Program-made: the position numbers and the translations under genes
Shown here: in pieces, positions 54,801 through 64,000 of the stretch
How positions within the stretch are numbered: position 1 is the first letter of the stretch
Layout of the letters: every line of letters begins with the position of its first letter
Source of the DNA: Squalus acanthias
Lineage: Eukaryota
Direction: 5' to 3'
DNA length: 64,000 nt
Assembly (NCBI GenBank): GCA_030390025.1
Contig: JASTWF010000364.1
Coordinates: forward strand, 186,001 to 250,000
The notes under the pieces: generated by a model
The model's database searches: none
What the model was told of the DNA's origin: nothing
The model's input: the letters and a program-made list of their open reading frames with translations, nothing else

Positions 54801-56348
54801 ACAGCACGTGTTATATACAGAGTATAGCTCCCTCTACACTGCCCAACAAACACTTATGGGCAGGTACAGCATGGGTTAGATACAGAGTAAAGCTACCTCT
54901 ACACTCTCTCATCAAACACTCCCGTGGCAGGCACAGCACGGGTTAGATACAGAGTAAATCTCCCTCTACACTGTCCCATCAAACACTCCAAGGGCAGGTA
55001 CAGTACGGGTTTTATACAGTGTAAAGCTCCCTCTACACTGTCCCATCAAACACTCCCAGGGCAGGTAGAGTACGGGTTAGATACAAAGTAAAGCTCTGTC
55101 TACACTGTCCCATCAAACACTCCCAGGGCAGGTACAGCAAGGTTTAGATATAGAGTAAAGCTCCCTCAACACTGTCCCATCAAACACTCCCAGCGCAGGT
55201 ACAGCACGGGTTAGATACAGAGTAAAGCTCCCTCTACACTGTCCCATCAAACACTCACAGTGCAGGTACAGAACGGGTTAGATACAGAGTAAAGTTCCCT
55301 TTACACTGTCCCATCAAGCAGTCCCAGGGCAGGTACAGCATGGGTTAGATACAGAGTAAAGCTCCCTCTACACTGTCCCATCAAGCTCTCCCAGGGCAGG
55401 TACAGAACGGGTTAGATAAAGAGTAAAGCTTCCTCTACACTGTCTCAGCAAACACTCCCAGGGAAGGTACAGCACGTGTTAGAGACAGAGTAAAGCTCCC
55501 TCTACACTGTCCCATCAAACACTCCCAGCGCAGGGACAGCACGGGTTAAATACAGAGTAAAGCTCCCTCGACATTGTCCCATCAAACACTCTCAGGGCAG
55601 GTACAGCACGGGTTAGATGTAGAGTAAAGCTCCCACTATACTGCTCCATCAAACACTCCCAGGGCAGGTACAGAACGGGTTAGATAAAGAGTAAAGATCC
55701 CTTTACACTGTCCCATCAAGCAGTCCCAGGGCAGGTACAGAACAGATTTAGATACAGAGTAAATCTCCCTCTACACTGTCCCATCAAACAATCCCAGGGG
55801 AGTTTCAGCACGGGTTAGATACAGATTAAAGCTCCCTCTACACAGCCCCATCAAGCTCTCCCAGGGCAGGTACAGTGCGCGTTAGATACAGATTAAAGCT
55901 CCCTCTACACTGTCCCATCAAACACTCCCAGGGCAGGTAGAGCACGGGTTAAATACAGACTAAAGTTCCCTCTACACTGTCCCATCAAACACTCCCAGGC
56001 TAGGTACAGCGCGGGTTAGATACAGAGTGAAGCTCTCGCTACACTGCCCCATCAAACACTCCCGGGGCAGGTACAGCACGGGTTAAATACAGAGTAAAGC
56101 TCTCGCTACACTGCCCCATCAAACACTCCCGGGGCAGCTACAGCACAGGTTAGGTACAGATAAAGATCCCCCTACACTCTCCCATCAAACACTCCCAGGG
56201 CAGGTACAGCACGGGTTAGATACAGAGTAAAGCTCCCTCTACACTGTCCCATCAAACACTCCCAGGGCAGGTACAGCACAGGTTAGATACAGAGTAAAGC
56301 TCCCTCGACACTGTCCCATCAATCACAACCAGGGCAGGTACAGCACAG
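51860..56348. repeat. 67-bp tandem satellite (GGGTTAGATACAGAGTAAAGCTCCCTCTACACTGTCCCATCAAACACTCCCAGGGCAGGTACAGCAC), ~67 copies
   Basis: Period read directly (GGTTAG at 51861 and 51928). Scattered substitutions, more frequent in the right half. Confidence 0.97.
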
Positions 56349-56679
56349 ATATCCGTTATATATAAACCCCCTAACCCCTCGATTAGATTCCCAAGTATCC
56401 CATAAGCTGTATATAATCCGTTGCAGGAGGAAGGAAACACAAACGCAAAATGGAATGTGGAGGCAGGTTCGTCCAGAAAATGGAGCAATATTTGCCCCTA
56501 ATGCTGCTAATTTAGAAATAATCATCTCTTTTGCTAATTGAAGTTCCAGAGGACTATTACATTTGCCCAAGTAACAGTCACTGCAAGTGCAAGTGATGTG
56601 TGTGTGTGAAACACTCCGATGTGTCTGAGAGAGGTGATAATGCAACTTTATTAATGCAAGCTTTCAAAAGTTATGCTAT

Positions 56680-57268
56680 GAAGTTATTCTAAACGTTTAT
56701 AAAGCACTGGTTTGGCTCCAGCTGGAGTATTGTGTCCACTTCTGGGCCCCACACTTTAGGAAGGATGTCACGGCCTTGGAGAGGGTGCGGAGCAGGTTTA
56801 CTGGAATGGTTCCAGGGATGAGGGACTTCAGTGATGTGGAGAGACTGGAGAAGCTGGGGTTGCTCTCCTTCGAGCAGAGAAGGTTAAGGAGAGATTTGAT
56901 AGAGATGTTCAAAATCATGAAGGGTTTGATAGAGTAAATAAGGAGAAACTGTTTCCACTGGCAGGAGGGTCGGTAACCAGAGGACACAGATTTAAAATAA
57001 TTGGCAAAAGAACCAAAGGGGAGATGAATAAACATTATTTTACCAGCGAGTTGTTGTGATCTGGAACGCGCTGCCTGAAAGGGTGGTGGAAGCAGATTCA
57101 ATAGTAACTTTCAAAAGGAAATTGGATAAATACTTGAACGGGAGAAATTTGCAGGGCTGTGGGGAAAGAGCAGGGGTGAGTGGGACTAATTGGAGAGCTC
57201 GTTCAAAGAGCCGGCACAGGCACGATGGGCCGAATGGCCTCCTTCTGTGCTGTGAGATTCTATGATCC
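56680..57268 (+). mobile_element. 5'-truncated, degenerate CR1 LINE 3' end
   Basis: tataaagcactggtttggctccagctggagtattgtgtccacttctgg (YKALV..QLEYCVHFW) and IWNALPERVVEADSIVTFKRKLDKYL. 3' UTR gggccgaatggcctccttctgtgctgtgagattctatg. Confidence 0.92.
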
Positions 57269-57859
57269 ATTCTGAAAAAGAACAAGTTTAATTTTTGCAT
57301 CAATAATGCTGAATTGGTACTCGACAGTTTCACTTCCCCCAGAAGGACTCTTGGAGAGTGCGCAGGGTCTGTGAAGGCAGGTGGTCGGTGCAGACTTTAG
57401 TTTCTGTAACTTGCAGTTCAGATGGTGTTTCCGAGCCGGGGTCAGAAACACAGGGCTCCTCTCGGCCCCTCGCCTCTTCTAATGCCCAGGAACCACACAC
57501 AAACCCTTTGATGGTGAACTGGTGGGGTGGACAATGAAGTGAGACATGGGCTAGGGGGCTGAACAGCTGTCCTCGTCAGGAGAGAGTCCAGAGACAATCT
57601 TCTGGTATATATATATATATAGAGAGAGAGAAATGCACCGGGGTATTTGGGACAGGACATTAATCGATCACAGGGCTGCACTGATGGGGTTTTATTAGTT
57701 TTTGTGTGAAGTAATCTTCTTGTTAACCGCGTGTTTCTAGAGGAGGTGATTTAGTGATGTTTTTGTGTGGTGTCGAGGTCCAAGAGGCTCACCCCTCCTG
57801 CTCTGTGAATGTTGCGGCTCTTCAATAAATCAGCGGCGGTTTTATCACAGTTAGACCAG

Positions 57860-58480
57860 TGAGTGAGAAGGGAGAGGGGTGGAGGGGGAGAGGGGGGAGG
57901 GGGAGAGGAGGAGCGGATGGGGAGTGGAGGGGATGGGGAGAGGGGGAGGGAGAGGGGAGAGGGGGGAGCGGATGGGGAGTGGAGGGGATGGAGAGAGGGA
58001 GAGAGGGGGTAGGGGGAGAGGGGGAGAGGGGGTAGGGGGAGAGGGGGGTAGGGGGGGGAGAGGGGGTAGGGGGGAGAGGGGGGAGGGAGGGGGGGGAGGG
58101 GAGGGGGGGAGAGGGAGGGGATGGGGAGAGGGAGAGAGGGGGAGGGGAGAGGGGGAGCGGATGGGAGTGGAGGGGATGGAGAGAGGGAGGAGGGGGTAGG
58201 GAGAGAGGGAGAGAGGGGTAGGGGGAGAGGGGGGAGAGGGGGTAGGGGGAGAGGGGGTAGGGGGGGGGTAGGGGGGAGAGGGGGTAGGGGGGAGGGGATG
58301 GGGGAGGGGGGAGAGGGGGAGAGGGAGGGGATGGGGAGAGGAGGGGGAGAGGGGGTGGGGGAGAGGGGGAGGGGATGGGGAGAGGGGGAGGGGATGGGGG
58401 GAGGAGGGGGAGGAGGGGGAGGGGGAGAGGGCGGGAGGGGGAGAGGGAGATGGGCAGAGGCAGAGGGGGATGGGGGAGAA
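57860..58480 (+). repeat. G-rich polypurine low-complexity tract (GGGGA/GGGGGAGA)
   Basis: Dense runs of 4-8 G separated by A/T. Confidence 0.9.
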
Positions 58481-58789
58481 TTAATAAGATGAATTACATA
58501 GAAATGACAACAGGGCCTGAGCAAGCCGTGTTGGTGCTTATCCTCCTAGTCACATGTGCCCACCTTGTTCCTATACCTCTTTATCCCTTTCCCTTCATAC
58601 ACCTGTCTAACCTTATTAAATGTTGACGTGATGGTGGGATAGTGAAAAGAAAGGAAGAAGAAGGAGGGATAAATGAGAGGGGGAGGGAGAAGGGAGGAAG
58701 AGGAGGAGAGTGTGAGGGAGAAAAGGAGGGGAGGAGTGAGAGGAGGAGGAGAGAAGGGAAAGAAAGAATGAGAGAAAGAGAGAAAAAGA

Positions 58790-58892
58790 GAAAGACTTGC
58801 ATTTCTACAGCGCCTTTCACGGCCTCAGGATGTCCCAAAGCGCTTCACTTTTGCTGAAGTACTTTTTGAAGTGCAATCACTGTTGTAATGCA
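58790..58892 (-). mobile_element. SINE 3' tail fragment, minus strand, with an expanded purine tract to its left
   Basis: aaagacttgcatttctacagcgcctttcacggcctcaggatgtcccaaagcgctt...aagtactttttgaagtgcaatcactgttgtaatg is the reverse complement of the SINE tail. Confidence 0.8.
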
Positions 58893-58894
58893 GG

Positions 58895-59680
58895 AGGAGT
58901 GAGGAGAGTGAGGAGAGTGGAGTGGAGTGAGGAGAGTGGAGTGGAGTGAGGAGAGTGGAGTGAGTGGAGTGGAGTGAGTGGAGTGGAGTGAGGAGAGTGG
59001 AGTGGAGTGAGGAGAGTGGAGTGGAGTGAGGAGAGTGGAGTGAGTGGAGTGGAGTGAGTGGAGTGGAGTGAGTGGAGTGGAGTGAGTGGAGTGGAGTGAG
59101 GAGAGTGGAGTGGAGTGAGGAGAGTGGAGTGGAGTGAGGAGAGTGGATTGGAGTGAGGAGAGTGGAGTGAGGAGAGTGGAGTGGAGTGGAGTGAGTGGAG
59201 TGAGGAGAGTGGAGTGTGGAGTGAGGAGAGTGAGGAGAGTGGAGTGAGGAGAGTGGAATGAGGAGAGTGGAGTGAGGAGAGTGGAGTGGAGTGAGGAGAG
59301 TGAGGAGAGTGGAGTGAGGAGAGTGAGTGGAGTGGAGTGAGGAGAGTGGCGTGGAGTGGAGTGAGGAGAGTGGAGTGGAGTGAGGAGAGTGAGGAGAGTG
59401 GAGTGAGGAGAGTGAGTGGAGTGAGGAGAGTGGAGTGGAGTGGAGTGAGGAGAGTGGAGTGGAGTGAGGAGAGTGAGGAGAGTGGAGTGAGGAGAGTGAG
59501 TGGAGTGAGGAGAGTGGCGTGGAGTGGAGTGAGGAGAGTGGAGTGGAGTGAGGAGAGTGAGGAGAGTGGAGTGAGGAGAGTGAGTGGAGTGAGGAGAGTG
59601 GAGTGGAGTGGAGTGAGGAGAGTGGCGTGGAGTGGAGTGAGTGGAGTGGAGTGAGGAGAGTGGAGTGAGGAGGAGGAGGA
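58895..59680. repeat. (GGAGT)n-based compound microsatellite with GAGGAGAGT interruptions
   Basis: Seen directly. Confidence 0.92.
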
Positions 59681-62149
59681 ACGGGGGTGAGAGATTCGGA
59701 GAAGTGGAAAGAGACGAGAGAGGAGGCCCGTCCACATTTATTTTCAATAATTAGCTCAGGGAATCAGAAGTAAACTCGGTGCAGGAATTACACCTTTTTA
59801 AAAATACAGAACCCTGGACAAACTAACTAAAGCTGGTGAGTGAGTGGTGCAGCCCCGAGTTGCGGCGGGCGGCGATCAGAGTAAGACTTCACTGAAGCTT
59901 CAAGGTGTTGCAATGAATCCGGTGATGGACAGATAGTCAGTCCAGCAGCCTCCCAATCTGTGTGTTGACAGATATCTCCTTCAAAGATTAGTCATTACCT
60001 ACCGTTAACACACAGCTGCGGGTCTGCTTGGTTTGAGGCCGATAGAAGCGGGGCGAGGGCACAGTTCCCAACAAACTTTTACCCCCTTGCCCCGACATCC
60101 TCGGGCCCTGTCCCATGTGGTGCCCTTCTCTACATCTAGACCGTCGCTCGCCTGCTCCTGGGCTGGGAGAGAGTTCACCCTCCCAGCTCAAAGAACTCAC
60201 TGTGGCGCCTTCAAATTTTTATTAAAGGATTAAGAATTGGAGTGGAATTGTGCGGAACCACCCGTTCCCTGGCTGGGAGTCGGGGAGGGGGGGGGGGGAG
60301 GTGACACGGAATTTATTCAAGGGGAGAGAGATCCTCAATTAATAAATAAATAACTCTCCCATCAATCAGACAGCAACAAATATAACCAAACCAGTAATTT
60401 AGAATAAGTCCCCGCCTGCGCGAGTTACATTCTCGTTCATAATTTGGTTATTAAGCTCATAATTACAATAACCCCTCCCTCGCTCTCTCAGGGGCTGGTG
60501 TCCCTGTTTAAAGCCCCCTCGTGTCCCTCACCCTCACTCGCTGCTTCACTGCACCGCTTCACCGCACAATCTTCGCCAAAACCGCTGAAAATTATTTCGT
60601 TATTGTATCAAACAAATCTTATTTCAGACTGGGGAGGGAGAGCGTTTGGTGAATTACAGGGCGGACTTCATCACATCTCATTCAGGAACGTGCCGTAATG
60701 AAAGAGTGTTTTAAAGCTAATTGTGGATCTGAGCAGGAATCAGAGCTCCAGAAGGCGCTCGTCCTGTCCCTGTTTTGCCCAGTGCGAGGTTGCAAGTTGG
60801 GTTTAATCGGATTGTGTGAAATCCGTTTCCAAATATCAATAATTTCTGCACAAAGCCGTTTCTAGAGTGAGCACAAATCTCACAATCGGGTAAGAAGAGT
60901 CTTTGCAGGAATCGGTCTGAGTTTTGTGGGTTTAAGGGAAGGAGTTTCGGGCCCGGGGAGCCGGTAGATTCACAGCCCGCGGAGCGAGAGACTGCTGTGG
61001 TTAAACGGGAGGCGCCAAAGTACAGAATTCAACTTCAATAAGATTAAATAAGAGAGAGAGAGCGAGGGAGACAGGTTCTAATGTTGCAGCCCCAAGCTCC
61101 GCCTCCTCTGCTCTATATCTCTGTTATTTTTTTAATTCAAATGATTTATGCGAAATAATTCGAAATCCCAATCAAGAAAAAAGTATGCATTTCTCTATCT
61201 ATAAATGAGCCGAGAATAAAAAGTGTTCCAAAGTCTGCGGCTGCCACTAAAGAGAAGCCAGCAGCCGCTGTCTCCCCAATAGTGGAGTGCTTGCTCCGGA
61301 TTCACAGACCGCCCGGGATCCAGGCTCAATCTCTCTCCTGATCCCAGTTCGGGTTTTTTTGTTTGTTTTTATAAATGCAATTTGACAACTTCAACCCGGT
61401 TGCAAAATGCACTTTTTTTTGGTTACAAGGCGGCCACATATTTTAATCAATTGAATAATAACTCGGGGTGGGAATATTCCGTTTACACAGCGAGGGAGAG
61501 TCGAATCTAGTTTAGTGCGAAGTCCTGAAAGATTGAGTGTGCTGTGGGAGCAGGAGGGTGTGGGTTTGGGTCTACTCGCCCTCTCTTTGTGGCCCTCACT
61601 GTTAATCGGCCGAACATCTCCCTCAACATTTCACATCAGATTTTCTGATCACGCGCCTGTTTTATCTCCGGCCACTCGGAATTTCACCGAGTGATGGCAG
61701 CCCACACAGCCGACAATAACTGTACAGTAGTCACATTTCAATCCCCACTCATTCTTTCATTCTTAAACACAATTTAAAAAAAAGACTCGAAATGTTCGAA
61801 GGTAAAAAAAAAGACAAGATTTCAAACCCAAAATAACGCCGCAAAAATAAGACAAAATGATAGAAATGTAACCCGCAATGATGATAAATTAAATCGGATC
61901 TTACCTGTTTTCTAGCAAAGCTCCATCGATAGAGATACAACAATATTAAAATAGTTTTTTTAAAATAGAAAATAAACGAACTTTGGGCATTTTCAGTGAT
62001 CAATATTGGCAGTGACGCGTTTGTAAATCAAAGGCGGTTCAGTTAGAAACCAGGTAGAAAAATAAGACTTATAATTAATATATATAAATATATGTGAACA
62101 AACAAACAAACTGGAATAAGGATGACAAGTGTCTAAAGTGTTATAATTC

Positions 62150-62340
62150 AGCGCAGCCCCTCCTACTCCCTCTGACTAGTAATTAATGGTGTTTGCAGCT
62201 CAGGAACGCCCGCATTGGACAGGGAACTGAGACAGCAGAGGGGGAGAGAAGTGGCATTGCATATAATTGATTACCACCCAATCAACAATAACTTGTTAGC
62301 AATCGTCAATTGCCCCGGCTCTCCCTCCTTCCTCACTCTA
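62150..62340 (+). promoter_or_regulatory. Candidate proximal promoter of the Lbx gene
   Basis: Unique sequence 300-500 bp upstream of the ATG. Contains TAATTAAT (~62180), an inverted CCAAT (ATTGG ~62214), ATATAATTGATTA (~62261) and CCAATC (~62278). TSS not determinable. Confidence 0.5.
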
Positions 62341-62645
62341 AAGAGAATATTATTCGCTTGTCTGCATAGTTGATGTGACAGAGCAGGCCAGAGAGAGAGA
62401 GAGAGAAGGAGAGAAGGAGGAGGAGGAGGAGAGATTGGGTTGGGGAGCGCGCCGATAATCTTGATTCACTCTCCCCGCTTCTGGTTGGGTTTCCCCCTCC
62501 CCGATCCGGGCGGAGGCACGAAGAGAGAATCCTTGGAGACAGCGACTGTGGAGTTGGCCTGAACTTTTGCTCCCTTTCGCTGTGATATTCAGTGTGTGTG
62601 TTTGGCTGTTGTGTGCGGAGGGGAGTGTGAACTCCGAGTCCAAGA

Positions 62646-62991
62646 ATGAGTTCCAAACAAGAGGCCAAATCTTCCTCTGCCACCTTGCATTCTTCAGTGG
62701 AAGAGCGGAGAAGGAGTCCGCTGGACCATCTGCCGCCCCCGGCCAACTCCAACAAGCCCCTAACTCCCTTCAGCATCGAAGACATCCTCAACAAACCGTC
62801 AGTGCGCAGGGGTTACACCCTGTGCGGGGGCAACCATCTCCTGTCCCCGGCAGACAAGCACGCACCTTCGGGCATCGCCCTGACCGGCCGAGCCGGCGTC
62901 CTGTCCCAGACATCGCCTCTCTGTGCCTTGGAAGAATTAGCGAGCAAAACTTTCAAAGGATTGGAAGTCAGTGTCTTGCAAGCGGCTGAGG
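62646..62991 (+). CDS. LBX1: Ladybird homeobox transcription factor (LBX1-like; LBX2 not excluded), coding exon 1
   Basis: Encodes EERRRSPLDHLPPPANSNKPLTPFSIEDILNKPSV (eh1 motif FSIEDIL at 62769-62789) and SPLCALEELASKTFKGLEVSVLQAAE, both diagnostic of vertebrate Lbx. In-frame TGA 18 nt upstream of the ATG (62628). Donor G|GTAAGT at 62991/62992, phase 1. Confidence 0.93.
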
Positions 62992-63751
62992 GTAAGTTTA
63001 CAGAAAAACTGCATTATCTCAAACTTACCCGGTTATAACCGTTTATATATACGTTAAACATCAGCCGGATCATTTCTAAAACCTGTTCACAAATAAAGTG
63101 GCGAGTTCTTGTCTCACTGACTAGTTCAGGTAACTCAAACTTTTTTGGGGAAGGGGGAAAATAGGAAGCGAATCTGATTTTCGTTGAGAGAGATATTTGA
63201 GCAGAATCCACCCGTTATTGGAGGCTGATTCTCTTGTCGGGTGCGACAGAGAATGGGCTTCAAGTGAGAAATTTTTTGCACCGGATAAAATGAGAGAAAC
63301 GGGTTCGGCTCGGGGTAAGATTCAGACACAATTGTAGCGGGTTAAAGTGAGCGGGGCGCAGCGGCCGTTTCCAGATTCACACTGAACCTTCGATTGCAAC
63401 TTTCCGGGTTTATATTTAGAATTCCCCCGGGTTGGTATATTTTAATTTGTTAACGATATGGGTGGAGAAACATTCGAGGAGTTTAATTTAATCGAAGTGT
63501 TCGGGGAAAGGGGTTTTAAATAAAAAAAACCCTCGAGTAATTAAAATACATGGAGGAAAAATTCATTATCATCTTGTCTTCGAGGTCCCCCAGCAGCTGG
63601 GGGATTCCGGGGGATTCAGGGGGACCAGGGTGATGTTTGTGAAAGGCTTGCTAATGAAATGGATTTTTTTTTGCAATGGGTTTGTTCCGAGTTGAAATGA
63701 CCTTGAAATTCCTCCGTTTCTCTCCGTTCTAAAAAGGGTCTGTTTTGACAG
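62992..63751 (+). other. LBX1: Lbx intron (760 bp, GT-AG, phase 1)
   Basis: GTAAGT...TGTTTTGACAG. Splicing restores AAE-G-RDGLTIFGQR in frame. Confidence 0.92.
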
Positions 63752-64000
63752 GGAGAGACGGGCTCACCATCTTCGGCCAAAGGACAACTCCGAAGAAGAG
63801 GAGGAAGTCCAGAACCGCGTTCACCAACCATCAGATCTACGAGCTGGAGAAGCGCTTCTTGTACCAGAAGTACCTGTCCCCGGCCGACCGCGATCAGATC
63901 GCCCAGCAGCTGGGCCTGACCAATGCTCAGGTCATCACCTGGTTCCAGAACCGGCGGGCCAAACTCAAAAGGGACCTGGAGGAGATGAAGGCGGATGTGG
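63752..64000 (+). CDS. LBX1: Ladybird homeobox gene coding exon 2 (homeodomain 63799-63978), continues beyond the window
   Basis: Manual translation: RDGLTIFGQRTTPKKRRKSRTAFTNHQIYELEKRFLYQKYLSPADRDQIAQQLGLTNAQVITWFQNRRAKLKRDLEEMKADV, the Lbx-type NK-class homeodomain. Missing from the ORF track because it has no stop in the window. Confidence 0.96.

Noticed and set aside
58895..59680. Telomeric repeat
   Set aside because: The unit is GGAGT, not TTAGGG.
57751..59747. Proline-rich (extensin/formin-like), Gly-Arg-rich and His/Ser/Thr-rich ORFs
   Set aside because: Translations of G-rich and (GGAGT)n simple repeats.
62333..62989. Alternative-frame and antisense ORFs over Lbx exon 1 (153, 97 and 140 aa)
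   Set aside because: Shadow ORFs of a GC-rich exon and leader with no recognisable homology.
62992..63038. C-terminal extension KFTEKLHYLKLTRL of the 130-aa ORF
   Set aside because: Read-through into the intron past the GTAAGT donor; the true protein continues in exon 2.

Overview
Vertebrate nuclear DNA, very probably from a cartilaginous fish (shark), judged from the SacSINE1-like DeuSINE, the CR1/L2 LINE fragments and the 67-bp tandem repeat. About 46 of the 64 kb are tandem repeats: a 49-bp AT-rich satellite (1-15.1 kb), two 33-bp minisatellites grown inside a SINE (19.6-20.3 and 22.9-23.6 kb), a ~21-bp C-rich satellite (26.1-51.2 kb) and a 67-bp satellite (51.9-56.3 kb). G-rich and (GGAGT)n simple tracts follow at 57.9-59.7 kb. 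Decayed CR1, L2 and SINE fragments fill the gaps. The only real protein-coding gene is at the right end: a ladybird homeobox gene (LBX1-like; LBX1 vs LBX2 orthology unresolved). Its exon 1 CDS is 62646-62991, the phase-1 intron is 62992-63751, and exon 2 (homeodomain) starts at 63752 and runs off the window. The giant ORFs in the track are artefacts of stop-free repeat units. I found no convincing novel protein system or CRISPR. The most interesting signals are structural: (1) one SINE apparently split by a 2.56-kb insert with an 8-bp duplication in repeat phase; (2) satellites apparently seeded from a SINE hairpin; (3) a hairpin in every 49-bp unit; (4) a dead CR1 RT frame running in-frame into the 25-kb satellite; (5) candidate Lbx regulatory elements and an antisense splice donor.
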